Of a DNA stretch of 64,000 nt, positions 1 through 9,084 are shown piece by piece. Origin of the DNA: a virus (lineage: Duplodnaviria; Heunggongvirae; Uroviricota; Caudoviricetes); IMG/VR virus record IMGVR_UViG_3300028888_000003. One strand, 5' to 3'. Numbering within the stretch: position 1 is the stretch's first letter; each line of letters begins with the position of its first letter. The notes beneath the pieces were generated by a model. The model saw nothing but the letters and a program-made list of their open reading frames with translations, made no database searches and was not told where the DNA came from. Made by a program: the position numbers and the translations under genes.

Positions 1-445
1 TTGATAATCTGTATTTTGTTGAGAATTTTTTAGGGGATTTTGCGGCTTTTATAGAGAGCAGCGAGTGGTAAAAGAAAGGTTTATAAGAAGAAATTTTTTA
101 AGAAGAGTCTAGTTTTACTAGACTTTTTTTATTTTTGTTTTTTTGGAGGAAAAGAAGATGTTCTGAATTAATTACGGAGTAAAAAATAATTTCGTGGAAC
201 TTTTTTAGCAGGGCGTAATATTCCGATTGTGCAAAATGCACAAATCCCGATAATACACCCGCCTCCCTTTTGTGCGTTTTGCCGAACCTATCCGGTTTTC
301 TATTCATAATTTGTTCATAAACTATTTACAATCTGTTTACAGTTTGTTAATAAAAAATACTTTATTTGTTCACATTTATCCTTTATAATACAGACATACC
401 GCAAGACAAAAGACGGTAAATAATATTAAAGGTAGGTATTACAAA

Positions 446-961
446 ATGAAAAAAACACTTGAACAAGTAAGGCGCGAAAATATCGAAAAAATCCTTGCGC
501 GCCCGAAGGACGACGGGAAAAAGGGAAAAGCGTTTGAGCTTGAAAATGCGCGAAAAGGCAGTAAAAAGGTATATGTTGCAAAAGCGGGCGAGGCGGACGG
601 CGCCGCAAAATTCCGTATTAATGGGAAAATCAAATATGTTAAAACGGAATTTAAAACTAACGGAGGACGGGTTGAGGATATAGCCGATTCAGAGTTTTGC
701 GTTTACCGCCTCGATATTTGCAATTCTTCAACATCAAATAAACGCCGTTATGTTGAACCCGTTATTATCCCTTCAAAAATTTTTCTTGACTTCCTTTATG
801 CTAATAATCTTGTAAAGGCAATCAATAAACACGGTGAGTTTGACGGCTACGGAATACAGGCAAGTAGTAAAAAATTGTATCTTGCCTTGCTCGATTGGTG
901 CATACCGTATGATAAAGATACCGTTTACACTTATGAAGATTTTGAAGGGCTGACCCTTTAA
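446..961 (+). CDS. hypothetical early protein
   Basis: 171-aa ORF, RBS AAAGGTAGG upstream, TAA stop; first gene after AT-rich leader. Confidence 0.6.
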   Translation: MKKTLEQVRRENIEKILARPKDDGKKGKAFELENARKGSKKVYVAKAGEADGAAKFRINGKIKYVKTEFKTNGGRVEDIADSEFCVYRLDICNSSTSNKRRYVEPVIIPSKIFLDFLYANNLVKAINKHGEFDGYGIQASSKKLYLALLDWCIPYDKDTVYTYEDFEGLTL

Positions 962-1017
962 GACAAAATAAAATTAAATAGAGGGAGGCTGAGCCTCCCT
1001 CGGAACGGAGGAAAAAT

Positions 1018-1254
1018 ATGAAAGATATATGTAAGCTTATAACGGTTAAAGTTGATAATGATGAGGATTATGTAAAGGACTATCGCTTTACAGTGTGGTA
1101 CCTCGGTAAAGATGTATTTTATGAGATGAGATACAGCCTCTATAATGAGTGGAGCGAAATAGAGGAGCAGGGACAGGAGTCTTATCAGAGCCTCGAGGAA
1201 TGGCAGGAGGCAGTCAAGCAGGCTACACTTGAATCCCTCAGTCATATCAAATAA
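1018..1254 (+). CDS. hypothetical acidic small protein
   Basis: 78-aa ORF, RBS GGAGGAAAAATATG, flanked by GGGAGGCTGAGCCTCCC hairpins. Confidence 0.6.
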   Translation: MKDICKLITVKVDNDEDYVKDYRFTVWYLGKDVFYEMRYSLYNEWSEIEEQGQESYQSLEEWQEAVKQATLESLSHIK

Positions 1255-1385
1255 ACAAGAAACAAATAAATAAAAGGGAGGGAGGCTGAGCCTCCCTCCA
1301 ACTGTAAAGGCTTTTTACTTTACAAGCCGGTTAGCATAGACTAACTATTTAGACGCCAGATTTTAGTTAGCATAGGCTAACTTTT

Positions 1386-1440
1386 TAGACGTCGGACGTC
1401 TAAAAACCGACTTGACAATCCGGTTTTATTGTGGTATAAT
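1386..1440 (+). promoter_or_regulatory. palindrome TAGACGTCGGACGTCTA + sigma70-like promoter (TTGACA-17-TATAAT)
   Basis: 17-bp palindrome 1386-1402, -35 1412-1417, -10 1435-1440. Confidence 0.6.
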
Positions 1441-1470
1441 ACAGACACAATAAAGAAGGAGGTCATATTT

Positions 1471-1740
1471 ATGACACGTAAATTAAACTCAATGCCCTAC
1501 GCACAGGCTTATGTACGTATAGAAGGCGATACACTCACACTCATCTCATACCGCACCGCTGTTATCATCGTGGACGCTGAAGGCTGGCTCACCTGCACAG
1601 GCACCTATTCGAACACCACTCGCCGTCACATCGGACGCTTTATGCATGAATATGGATATGGTACCTATCAGCTTGCTAAGCGTTGTTATGAAGATAACTT
1701 GAAGTATAACATTTATACAGGAGAAATAATCAATATCTAA
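1471..1740 (+). CDS. hypothetical protein, paralog of 3503..3790
   Basis: RBS AAGGAGG 8 nt before ATG 1471; shares MPYAQA..GWL.CTG.YS.TT.RHIG.FM motif block with 3503 ORF; ORF-track start 1429 lies inside promoter. Confidence 0.65.
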   Translation: MTRKLNSMPYAQAYVRIEGDTLTLISYRTAVIIVDAEGWLTCTGTYSNTTRRHIGRFMHEYGYGTYQLAKRCYEDNLKYNIYTGEIINI

Positions 1741-1772
1741 TTAAAAGACGGGCAACCGTCTTTTTTATTTTT
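1741..1772 (+). terminator. intrinsic terminator
   Basis: AAAGACGGGCAACCGTCTTTTTTATTTTTT hairpin + T-run. Confidence 0.6.
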
Positions 1773-1829
1773 TAGACGTATTACGTCTAAAAACCGACTT
1801 GACAAATTAAATGAATTGTGGTATAATAT
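1773..1829 (+). promoter_or_regulatory. palindrome TAGACGTATTACGTCTA + TTGACA/TATAAT promoter
   Basis: palindrome 1773-1789; -35 1798-1803; TGGTATAAT -10. Confidence 0.6.
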
Positions 1830-1857
1830 AGACACAATAAAGAAGGAGGTTAATCGA

Positions 1858-2169
1858 ATGATTAATATAAGAACACTGCGCAAACTTAACAACAACGACG
1901 GCTTAACACTTAAAAATGGCAAGCCTATTGTATACAAGACCGGCTATCAGGTAGCTACTGAAGGCGTTGAGGTCACAACAATGGAGGAAGCTATGAAGGC
2001 TATCAAAGCCTATGGTGGCAACTGCGGTATCTGGGTAAGCGAGGGGATATGGTATATAGACTCAAGTCATAGGGAAGCTACTAAGAAGGAAGCTCTTCGA
2101 GTAGGGCGCGAACACAAGCAGATTTCAATTCTTAAGTGGACTACTATGGAACTTGTTTATTGTGATTAA
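1858..2169 (+). CDS. hypothetical protein
   Basis: RBS AAGGAGGT then ATG 1858; longer ORF-track start 1816 is within the -10 region. Confidence 0.6.
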   Translation: MINIRTLRKLNNNDGLTLKNGKPIVYKTGYQVATEGVEVTTMEEAMKAIKAYGGNCGIWVSEGIWYIDSSHREATKKEALRVGREHKQISILKWTTMELVYCD

Positions 2170-2217
2170 ATTATAAAAATTATCGTATAGAATACGGTAA
2201 TTTTATTTTCTATAATT

Positions 2218-2274
2218 TAGACGTCATACGTCTAAAAATAATACTTGACAAATTAAATTTTATATGTTATAATA
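2218..2274 (+). promoter_or_regulatory. palindrome TAGACGTCATACGTCTA + promoter
   Basis: palindrome 2218-2234; TTGACA 2245-2250; TGTTATAAT. Confidence 0.6.
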
Positions 2275-2279
2275 TAGTT

Positions 2280-2368
2280 GTAAGAGAACGAGGGACAGTC
2301 CCGAAGGTTATGCGATGAATTACACATCCGCCGACGGGCGTCACACAGACCTCGCTCTTACTTTTTTT
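2280..2368 (+). ncRNA. candidate promoter-driven small RNA (no ORF)
   Basis: transcript from the 2218 promoter lacks RBS/ORF; 5' GTAAGAGAACGAGG pairs with 3' CCTCGCTCTTAC followed by T7; internal GGGACAGTCCC hairpin. Confidence 0.4.
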
Positions 2369-2377
2369 AGAATTTTT

Positions 2378-2442
2378 TAGACGTAATACGTCTAATTTTT
2401 ATAGATTTTTTTATTGACTTTTTTACTTTATTATGTTATACT
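2378..2442 (+). promoter_or_regulatory. palindrome TAGACGTAATACGTCTA + TTGACT/TGTTATACT promoter
   Basis: palindrome 2378-2394; -35 2413-2418. Confidence 0.5.
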
Positions 2443-2474
2443 TTTATTAGAAAAGTTAAGGGAGGAATTTTCAA

Positions 2475-2576
2475 TGAAAATTACAGACTTTATGGCATCT
2501 CATTTTTATCTTATTATAGGGACTTTTTTCGCATTAATAATGGGAAGTTTAACAATTGATGCCCTTATTCATTAAG
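2475..2576 (+). CDS. small hydrophobic peptide (33 aa)
   Basis: strong RBS AAGGGAGGAATTTTCAATG; MKITDFMASHFYLIIGTFFALIMGSLTIDALIH; below ORF-track size cutoff. Confidence 0.45.
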
Positions 2577-2600
2577 GGCATTTTTCTTTTTCTTAATTTT

Positions 2601-2665
2601 TAGACGTAATACGTCTAAAAAATTTTCCCAAAACTATTGACTTCCCAAAATTATTATGATATAAT
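2601..2665 (+). promoter_or_regulatory. palindrome + TTGACT/TGATATAAT promoter
   Basis: palindrome 2601-2617. Confidence 0.6.
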
Positions 2666-2695
2666 ATAGACACAATAAAGAAAGGAAGTAACAAT

Positions 2696-2935
2696 ATGGA
2701 AAGAGTAACTATTTGTTACAAAACAAAAGAACCGGTTTACTATAACAAAGGAACATCGTATGAAAAAACTTGCGATACTTTTCTTAAAACTCAATGTTTT
2801 ATGGAAAAAGAAGAAGTTGAAAAAATTGTTAAATGGATGAATGAAGAGCATCCCGAAAAAGACAGTCTTGGAAATCCGATTGACTGGGATACAATAGATT
2901 ATTTTTTCGTAAATGTTCAAGAAGAACTTTATTAA
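2696..2935 (+). CDS. hypothetical protein
   Basis: 79-aa ORF, RBS AAAGGAAG, TAA stop. Confidence 0.6.
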   Translation: MERVTICYKTKEPVYYNKGTSYEKTCDTFLKTQCFMEKEEVEKIVKWMNEEHPEKDSLGNPIDWDTIDYFFVNVQEELY

Positions 2936-2991
2936 TAACAATTGTCCGAGAATTTCAAAATGAAATTCTTGGATTTTTTATCAATAGTTTT

Positions 2992-3079
2992 TAGACGTAA
3001 TACGTCTAAAAAATTCTATCTGACGTCTAAAAAAATTCTAAAAAATATTTGACTTTTCCAGAAACTTATGATATAATAC
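2992..3079 (+). promoter_or_regulatory. palindrome + extra half-site + TTGACT/TGATATAAT promoter
   Basis: palindrome 2992-3008, additional TGACGTCTAAAAAA half-site 3021-3034. Confidence 0.6.
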
Positions 3080-3135
3080 TATTGCAATCAAGAAAGATTG
3101 CAAAACAATTTACAAAATCAAGGAGGTTAAAACAA

Positions 3136-3348
3136 ATGAGTTTTAACAAAATAACAGAAGAAGACCGTATTCTCTGGGTTAAGTCAATGAATGAAATAAT
3201 CATAGACGAGGGTGACGAAATACTCTGGTATCGCTGGATTTCAATTGTACCTGATGAACCGCAAGAAGACGATTTCGAGTTCATCGCAAACGACGAAGAA
3301 CTTTGGAATGACTGTTGGAACTTTTTTGAAAAATATTTCTTTTGTTAA
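3136..3348 (+). CDS. hypothetical acidic protein
   Basis: RBS AAGGAGGTTAAAACAAATG; ORF-track start 3049 is inside promoter. Confidence 0.6.
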   Translation: MSFNKITEEDRILWVKSMNEIIIDEGDEILWYRWISIVPDEPQEDDFEFIANDEELWNDCWNFFEKYFFC

Positions 3349-3390
3349 AAGGAGGGACGGGAAACCGTCCCAATTTTTCACAATACTTTT

Positions 3391-3456
3391 TAGACGTAAT
3401 ACGTCTAAAAAATTTTCAGAAAAGTATTGACAAATTAATTGATATATGTTAATATA
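3391..3456 (+). promoter_or_regulatory. palindrome + TTGACA promoter
   Basis: palindrome 3391-3407; -35 3427-3432. Confidence 0.55.
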
Positions 3457-3502
3457 TATATGCAATTAAACAAAACTATAATTTAAAAAGTGAGGTAAAA
3501 TT

Positions 3503-3790
3503 ATGTATTGCAAAATTAGACCGTTAAAATTTATGCCCTATGCCCAGGCGCGCGTTCGTGAGTGGAAATGCGGCGATGTTGATTTAATGAGTTATGAAAC
3601 GCTTGTAATTGCGGTTCGTGACGGCTGGCTTGAATGCACTGGGGTGTATTCAAAAACGACAATGCGTCACATCGGTAACTTTATGCGTGAATTCGGTTTC
3701 GGTGATTATTATACTGCCAGGGATTTATATAAGAATGAACTGAAACTGAATGTTAATACGGGCGAAATTAAAAGCATTCGTGAACCGTAA
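3503..3790 (+). CDS. hypothetical protein, paralog of 1471..1740
   Basis: 95 aa; RBS GTGAGGTAAAATTATG; conserved block with 1471 ORF. Confidence 0.65.
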   Translation: MYCKIRPLKFMPYAQARVREWKCGDVDLMSYETLVIAVRDGWLECTGVYSKTTMRHIGNFMREFGFGDYYTARDLYKNELKLNVNTGEIKSIREP

Positions 3791-3845
3791 AATTAGGGCG
3801 AGATTTATAAAAAAATCTCGCCCGTTATTTTATAGAAAAGTTTTT

Positions 3846-3910
3846 TAGACGTAATACGTCTAAAAAACTTTATAGTTTTTGTTGACAAATTAAAAATAGT
3901 ATGATATAAT
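3846..3910 (+). promoter_or_regulatory. palindrome + TTGACA/TGATATAAT promoter
   Basis: palindrome 3846-3862. Confidence 0.6.
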
Positions 3911-3915
3911 ATAGT

Positions 3916-4040
3916 TGTCAAGGGGGGAGAGATAAGTGAGTTGCTCCTATTGGAAATCAGAAACCTTGTGCACGAGGATAAAGACAGAAACAAGCGTAGG
4001 CGACAAAATCTTCGTAAAAAAGTTGCAAATTTTTTACACT
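3916..4040 (+). ncRNA. candidate small RNA (ORF-less transcript)
   Basis: starts TTGTCAAGGGGGGAGAG, 3' end CTTTCCTCTTGACAAG pairs back and contains the -35 of the next promoter. Confidence 0.4.
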
Positions 4041-4046
4041 TTCCTC

Positions 4047-4076
4047 TTGACAAGCCTAAAAAATTATGATATAATA
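4047..4076 (+). promoter_or_regulatory. TTGACA-17-TGATATAAT promoter (no palindrome)
   Basis: consensus -35/-10. Confidence 0.55.
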
Positions 4077-4081
4077 TAGAT

Positions 4082-4165
4082 GTTGAAAGGTTCCGCTAAG
4101 CTCTTGGTGATTGTGGCGTGATTAAAGCATAGGTAGTTAAGGGGCTATCGCCTTTCAATAAAAGA
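4082..4165 (+). ncRNA. candidate small RNA
   Basis: GTTGAAAGG...CCTTTCAAT closing stem, no ORF, followed by next promoter. Confidence 0.4.
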
Positions 4166-4177
4166 CTTAAAAAACTC

Positions 4178-4206
4178 TTGACAAACTAAAAAATTTATGA
4201 TATAAT
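4178..4206 (+). promoter_or_regulatory. ACTCTTGACAA-17-TATAAT promoter
   Basis: consensus elements. Confidence 0.55.
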
Positions 4207-4232
4207 TTATATAGAAAGTGAGGGAAATCAAA

Positions 4233-4415
4233 ATGAAAATTGCAGAAACCTATAAGTTTGAAAAAATGTATGATAATCTTATTCACAAATACGGATATGA
4301 ACACCCTATTGTAATTCAGTTTGGTTCACTCGCAGAGCGATGGGACAATACAAATTGGAATAAGAAATGTATGGAAATACTCTATCGCACACTTATTGAA
4401 CAAGAAATCTCCTAA
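4233..4415 (+). CDS. hypothetical protein
   Basis: RBS AGTGAGGGAAATCAAAATG; 60 aa. Confidence 0.55.
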   Translation: MKIAETYKFEKMYDNLIHKYGYEHPIVIQFGSLAERWDNTNWNKKCMEILYRTLIEQEIS

Positions 4416-4482
4416 TTGTTTTACCTCCTTTATATATTGTGCGTTAGTCTGGGTTTTGCCCAGACTTTCGCATTGGAGTTTT

Positions 4483-4546
4483 TAGACGTAGTACGTCTAA
4501 TTTAATTTAGAAAAATTATTGACTTTTTACTTATTTATGATATAAT
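4483..4546 (+). promoter_or_regulatory. palindrome TAGACGTAGTACGTCTA + TTGACT promoter
   Basis: palindrome 4483-4499. Confidence 0.6.
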
Positions 4547-4551
4547 ATAAT

Positions 4552-4685
4552 TGTCAAGAGGAAATGACGACCATCGCAAGAAATCTTGTCCGAGTTGCAG
4601 TTAGTAACAGGTGTGTTAGCGAGCACGGAAGCCGACTAATACGGAGAGGACATTTGAAAAATTTTTAAAAACTTTTAAAAAACTC
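4552..4685 (+). ncRNA. candidate small RNA
   Basis: 5' TTGTCAAGAG is exact reverse complement of 3' CTCTTGACAA (which is the -35 of the next promoter); no ORF. Confidence 0.4.
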
Positions 4686-4714
4686 TTGACAAATTAAAAA
4701 AATTATGATATAAT
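4686..4714 (+). promoter_or_regulatory. TTGACA-17-TGATATAAT promoter
   Basis: consensus. Confidence 0.55.
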
Positions 4715-4746
4715 AATTACAGAAATTAAGAAAAGGAGATTTTAAA

Positions 4747-4941
4747 ATGAAAACTTATTATTTAAAATGGTACGATAAAAACGAAGAAAAACTAACAACT
4801 ATACTAATTAATGATAGTCAAAAAAAATTAATTGATTTTATGAGAGAGCATTTTCCAATAGATGATATGCTTTATAATGAAAGTATAAATATAACTATTG
4901 ATAGAGATGAGGAACCATTTTACAACCTTGCTGTTGATTAA
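4747..4941 (+). CDS. hypothetical protein
   Basis: RBS AAAAGGAGATTTTAAAATG; 64 aa. Confidence 0.6.
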   Translation: MKTYYLKWYDKNEEKLTTILINDSQKKLIDFMREHFPIDDMLYNESINITIDRDEEPFYNLAVD

Positions 4942-4990
4942 AAATAAAGTGTAAAGGTTAATATCTTTACACTTTTATTATATTGATTTT

Positions 4991-5056
4991 TAGACGTAAT
5001 ACGTCTAAAAATATTCAGTTTTAATACTTGACTTTTCTAAAAAAATATGATATAAT
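4991..5056 (+). promoter_or_regulatory. palindrome + TTGACT/TGATATAAT promoter
   Basis: palindrome 4991-5007. Confidence 0.6.
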
Positions 5057-5086
5057 GAATTTACAAAAAGAAAAGGAATGATAAAA

Positions 5087-5542
5087 ATGACCGAAATTGA
5101 AAAGGTTTTAGTAAAATTTGTAACTGATATTGACGAAGAACTTTCAGTAACTTTTGAAAAAGACGGATATTATTTTTTAAGTGCTGAAAACTGTATCAAT
5201 ATTGACTTAACAGATTTTGATGACTGCGGTTTTATTCGTCATCTTAAAGAATTTCACAATTGTAATTGGGCTGATAAATTTGATTTACACTTATGGTCAA
5301 TTCTTCACGAAATAGGACATTATGAAACTGAAGATTTACTTGACGAAGATACAGGCGAACAAGAAATTCGTTTTTGGTTATCACTTACTAATAAAGATAT
5401 AAGTCATAATATTAATATTCAAAATGAATATTTTAATCTCACAAGTGAGTATTATGCGACAGATTGGGCAAAAGATTGGATAATAAATCATAAAGAAGAA
5501 GCAAATAAAATTAGTAACTTAATTAAAAATGCGAGAAAATAA
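5087..5542 (+). CDS. hypothetical acidic protein
   Basis: ATG 5087 has proper spacing to AAAAGGAA; ORF-track start 5078 too close to RBS. Confidence 0.55.
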   Translation: MTEIEKVLVKFVTDIDEELSVTFEKDGYYFLSAENCINIDLTDFDDCGFIRHLKEFHNCNWADKFDLHLWSILHEIGHYETEDLLDEDTGEQEIRFWLSLTNKDISHNINIQNEYFNLTSEYYATDWAKDWIINHKEEANKISNLIKNARK

Positions 5543-5568
5543 TCTCGCATTTTGGTTTGCGAGATTTT

Positions 5569-5635
5569 TAGACGTATTACGTCTAAAATTATTATAATTT
5601 AACAATTGACTTTTATATAATTATAGTATATAATA
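5569..5635 (+). promoter_or_regulatory. palindrome + TTGACT promoter
   Basis: palindrome 5569-5585. Confidence 0.55.
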
Positions 5636-5668
5636 TGTATGTAAGAAAGAAAAGAAAGGAAGAAAAAA

Positions 5669-6058
5669 ATGATAATCAAAGCATATCGTATGTTTAGCGA
5701 CCCTTGTCTGATTTATGAAGGAACTAATTACAAAGAGGCAAAAAGAAAAGCCTTTGGACCATTAAAGCAAATAGGGCTTACAGAAAAAAATTATAAGACA
5801 CCCATAATAACTACTACTTGCAAAAGTTATCATAAAGTAATAACTTATTATCCTATCCGTAATCACACCATACAAGCAAAAGAAAATCCAAATTTTTTCT
5901 TTCACTCAATTATTTATTTTGATATTTACTTCAAGGATAAACTTGATGATTATGATATAGGATTAAGAGTCAAAAAAGGTGACCCCTTGGCATACAAATT
6001 AAGAGAAAAAAGAGATATAAAAAATGGAATAACACATTATCCTCGCAAATATTATTAA
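5669..6058 (+). CDS. hypothetical protein
   Basis: RBS GAAAGGAAGAAAAAAATG; 129 aa. Confidence 0.6.
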   Translation: MIIKAYRMFSDPCLIYEGTNYKEAKRKAFGPLKQIGLTEKNYKTPIITTTCKSYHKVITYYPIRNHTIQAKENPNFFFHSIIYFDIYFKDKLDDYDIGLRVKKGDPLAYKLREKRDIKNGITHYPRKYY

Positions 6059-6095
6059 AAGTCCGTTAAATCGGACTTTTATTTTTTATTTATTT

Positions 6096-6160
6096 TAGAC
6101 GTTATACGTCTAAAAAGTTTTCTAAAAACTATTGACAGATTGAAATTATTATGCTATAAT
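6096..6160 (+). promoter_or_regulatory. palindrome TAGACGTTATACGTCTA + TTGACA/TGCTATAAT promoter
   Basis: palindrome 6096-6112; terminator hairpin 6061-6090 just upstream. Confidence 0.6.
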
Positions 6161-6174
6161 AAAATCACAATAAA

Positions 6175-6200
6175 GGTTGCGACTTACCGCAGAGAAAGGA
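6175..6200 (+). promoter_or_regulatory. conserved 5' leader hairpin (stem TGCG/CGCA, loop ACTTACC) + purine-rich RBS
   Basis: GGTTGCGACTTACCGCAGAGAAAGG; same element at 7337, 11364, 15621 with compensatory stem changes. Confidence 0.5.
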
Positions 6201-6208
6201 AAAATATT

Positions 6209-7195
6209 ATGAAAATTACAAACACCCTTGACCTCACCAAAAAGAAAACGGGCGATTGGTCAATCAACGGAAAATTAGTTTCTGTATCTGAAGAGGAAGA
6301 CAATATTCTTATGCAGATTCACAACCGCTACCGCAATATGTATGAGAGCAACAGAGAGGCTGATTTTGCTACAATAAGTGGTATTCTTTCAACTGACCAC
6401 CCCTCTGTCGCACAGATACTCGGTATCGTGACCGAAGCTGTTGCCGAAGCCGTTGAAGCCGAAGCACCAAGAGAACTTACCGCAGAGGAAAAGAAAACGG
6501 CTACACTTGAAGCCATTAAGAAACTTATTTCTTTCTTTACAGAATTTGACTTTGAGCCGAACTACCGTTTTGTAAACACCCTTGCTCTGTCCCTTAAACA
6601 GGGTGAGAAAAAAGCAAAAGATTATATCACAAACTACTTTGAACTTACTGATAGTCCATTCAAAAAAGAAGTCGTGCAGAAAATGAAATCGGCAGAATTT
6701 AAGAGTATTCTCAATGATATTGCTCTTACAGAGCCGACCAAGACCATTAACAATCGTTTTAAACTCTACTATGGCTCACAGGGAACAGGCAAAACTACAA
6801 TCGGTATGAAAGAAACCGATAAGAGATGTATCGTATGTAACTCTTCAATGCTCCCTGCCGACCTTATGGAAGATTTTGTGTTCGTTGACGGAAAGGCAAC
6901 CTTTAAACCCTCATCACTTTGGCGGTGTATGACAGAGGGAAAGCCGATTGTCTTGGACGAAATCAATCTTCTGCCCTTTGATAGTCTGCGTTTCTTACAA
7001 GGCGTTCTTGACGGAAAGGCAAGTTTTGAATACAAGGGCAATACAGTTGAAATCAAAGAGGGTTTCAAAATTATCGGTACTATGAACCTTACTGTTAATG
7101 GTATGACTTACGGTTTGCCCGAACCTCTCGTTGATAGATGTGAGGAAACAAAGAAATTCAAACTGACCGCAAATGACCTCGTAAAAGCAATTTAA
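6209..7195 (+). CDS. MoxR-like AAA+ ATPase
   Basis: Walker A GSQGTGKT, Walker B IVLDEIN, sensor region; start at ATG after AGAGAAAGGAAAAATATT (ORF-track start 6140 is in the leader). Confidence 0.7.
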   Translation: MKITNTLDLTKKKTGDWSINGKLVSVSEEEDNILMQIHNRYRNMYESNREADFATISGILSTDHPSVAQILGIVTEAVAEAVEAEAPRELTAEEKKTATLEAIKKLISFFTEFDFEPNYRFVNTLALSLKQGEKKAKDYITNYFELTDSPFKKEVVQKMKSAEFKSILNDIALTEPTKTINNRFKLYYGSQGTGKTTIGMKETDKRCIVCNSSMLPADLMEDFVFVDGKATFKPSSLWRCMTEGKPIVLDEINLLPFDSLRFLQGVLDGKASFEYKGNTVEIKEGFKIIGTMNLTVNGMTYGLPEPLVDRCEETKKFKLTANDLVKAI

Positions 7196-7257
7196 GAAAA
7201 TTATATAACAGAAAAGAGGGGAGCAATCCCCTCCTTTCTCTTTCCCAAAAAAAGAAT

Positions 7258-7322
7258 TAGACGTCATACGTCTAAAAACTTTTCTATAAAATATTGACAA
7301 ACCACAAAACTTATGATATAAT
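7258..7322 (+). promoter_or_regulatory. palindrome TAGACGTCATACGTCTA + TTGACA/TGATATAAT promoter
   Basis: palindrome 7258-7274. Confidence 0.6.
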
Positions 7323-7336
7323 GTAGTTACAAATTA

Positions 7337-7362
7337 AGGGTTGCGACCTACCGCAGAGAAAG
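7337..7362 (+). promoter_or_regulatory. conserved leader hairpin (loop ACCTACC)
   Basis: GGTTGCGACCTACCGCAGAGAAAGGAAA. Confidence 0.5.
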
Positions 7363-7372
7363 GAAACATATT

Positions 7373-8923
7373 ATGGAAATTACAAAAGGTGAAATCAAGG
7401 AAATTCTTGATACACTCCCTATCGGTTACTATGCCGACAGACCTATTGCCGTAAACATAAGTGAAACAGAGCCAACAAGTTTTTATAACCTTGAAAAAGA
7501 CGAAATCACTTTTGCTTATAGCAACATTGAACAAGCACTCGCAAATGTAGAAGATTTTAACAGAGAAACGGCTATAAGAAGTGTTCTCTATCACGAATTA
7601 AGTCACGCAATTCTCACTCCTCAAAATCTCATACTCACCTCTAAAACGGCAGATATGGTCAATATTTTTGAAGATGAAAGAATTGAAACCTTGCTCAAAG
7701 ACTTTTATCACGATACTGACTTTAAAGGTTTAGTAAAAGCCCTTAATGGTGATTTTACTCCGCAAGATAGTATGGATGCTTTTTTTCAAGTAGTTAGACA
7801 GAGAAAAGGCAAGCCCAAATTTCTTAAAAAAGTAAATGAAATCATTTACAAATATGCTATGCTTGGTCATAATTGTGACGGACACGGCTGTTGGCAAGAT
7901 GGCAGATGGACAATCAATCAGTATGTAGAGGATATTGAAACCCTCTATGACGAAATAGCAAAGGACTTTAATGCTAATCCGCAAGACTATAAAAATCCTC
8001 TCTCAATATCTAATAGTGGCAATGAGAATAGCGATTTTCTTGATGAAAAATCGTGGATAAAAAATGCTATGGAATGCGGTTATTCAAAAGAAGAAGCCGA
8101 AAAACTCTTTGAAGAACTCAAAAAGCATATTGACGGAAATGAAAACGACAACGACAATGAGTATTGCGAAGCCAAAGAGGGCGAAGGCGATACCGAGTGC
8201 AATGGTGAGCAAGACAAAGACCACAATGGTTTTGGTAAACTAATTATTAAAAAAGGTTTTGGCGGTGAAACCATTTCAAACTTGACCGATAAACTTTCCG
8301 CAATTATCTCAATATTTAATAAGAAAAATGCAAGCGGTAGTGCTTTCACAAGTTATAGTGGTGTTATCAATCCTAAATTGTGCGGTAATAATGACTATCG
8401 TTTCTTTGAGAGAAAAGCCGAAGCAAGAGGAAACAATCGTTTTGGTAGTTTGCACCTTACACTTTGGATAGATACAAGCGGTAGTTTTTATACCAATAAA
8501 AACAAAACAAATGCTCTCATAAAATCACTTGAACTCATTGAAAAGAAAAACCCCAATTTTTCCCTTGACGTTGTTCATTGTTCTTGCGGTCAAAGGTTAA
8601 TGCCTAAAAACAATAGGTTTATCGACCCCGATGGTGGCAACCGCCTTACAAACGAGGTTTTTGACCTTTACAGACAGTTACAGAAAGGCAACACATACAA
8701 TTATAATATATTCCTCTTTGACGGCGAGGCTATGCCTGACAGGAATAATGACACAAATACTGCCTTTAACAAAGTTGATTTTAATAACTGTCTATTCATT
8801 TCCGATTATGATAACGAGAGATATTTGAAAACTCTCAAATCGGCACAAGTTATTCTCACAAGCAATTATGTAAATGAACTTTATGATAATGTGTTTACCG
8901 CATTACACAAAGCATTTAGATAA
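7373..8923 (+). CDS. VWA-domain protein with N-terminal HExxH metallopeptidase-like motif
   Basis: LYHELSHAIL (HExxH); MIDAS-like WIDTSGSF; 516 aa; genomic partner of the MoxR-like ATPase. Confidence 0.65.
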   Translation: MEITKGEIKEILDTLPIGYYADRPIAVNISETEPTSFYNLEKDEITFAYSNIEQALANVEDFNRETAIRSVLYHELSHAILTPQNLILTSKTADMVNIFEDERIETLLKDFYHDTDFKGLVKALNGDFTPQDSMDAFFQVVRQRKGKPKFLKKVNEIIYKYAMLGHNCDGHGCWQDGRWTINQYVEDIETLYDEIAKDFNANPQDYKNPLSISNSGNENSDFLDEKSWIKNAMECGYSKEEAEKLFEELKKHIDGNENDNDNEYCEAKEGEGDTECNGEQDKDHNGFGKLIIKKGFGGETISNLTDKLSAIISIFNKKNASGSAFTSYSGVINPKLCGNNDYRFFERKAEARGNNRFGSLHLTLWIDTSGSFYTNKNKTNALIKSLELIEKKNPNFSLDVVHCSCGQRLMPKNNRFIDPDGGNRLTNEVFDLYRQLQKGNTYNYNIFLFDGEAMPDRNNDTNTAFNKVDFNNCLFISDYDNERYLKTLKSAQVILTSNYVNELYDNVFTALHKAFR

Positions 8924-8975
8924 CAGAGAAAAGTGTAAAGGGGAAACCCTTTACACTCTTTTTCTATTACAAATT

Positions 8976-9041
8976 TAGACGTAATACGTCTAAAAAATAC
9001 CATAAAAGTATCTTGACAAATACTTTATAATGTGTTATACT
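8976..9041 (+). promoter_or_regulatory. palindrome + TTGACA promoter
   Basis: palindrome 8976-8992. Confidence 0.55.
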
Positions 9042-9084
9042 AATCTTGTAATCAAGGAGATAATAAAAGAAAGGAAAGAATTAA

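Noticed and set aside
1816-2169. Longer ORF-track starts such as 1816, 1429, 3049, 4218, 5078, 6140, 9652, and 12080
   Set aside because: The extra N-terminal residues are translated from promoter or leader DNA. In each case a downstream ATG with a well-spaced Shine-Dalgarno is the credible start.
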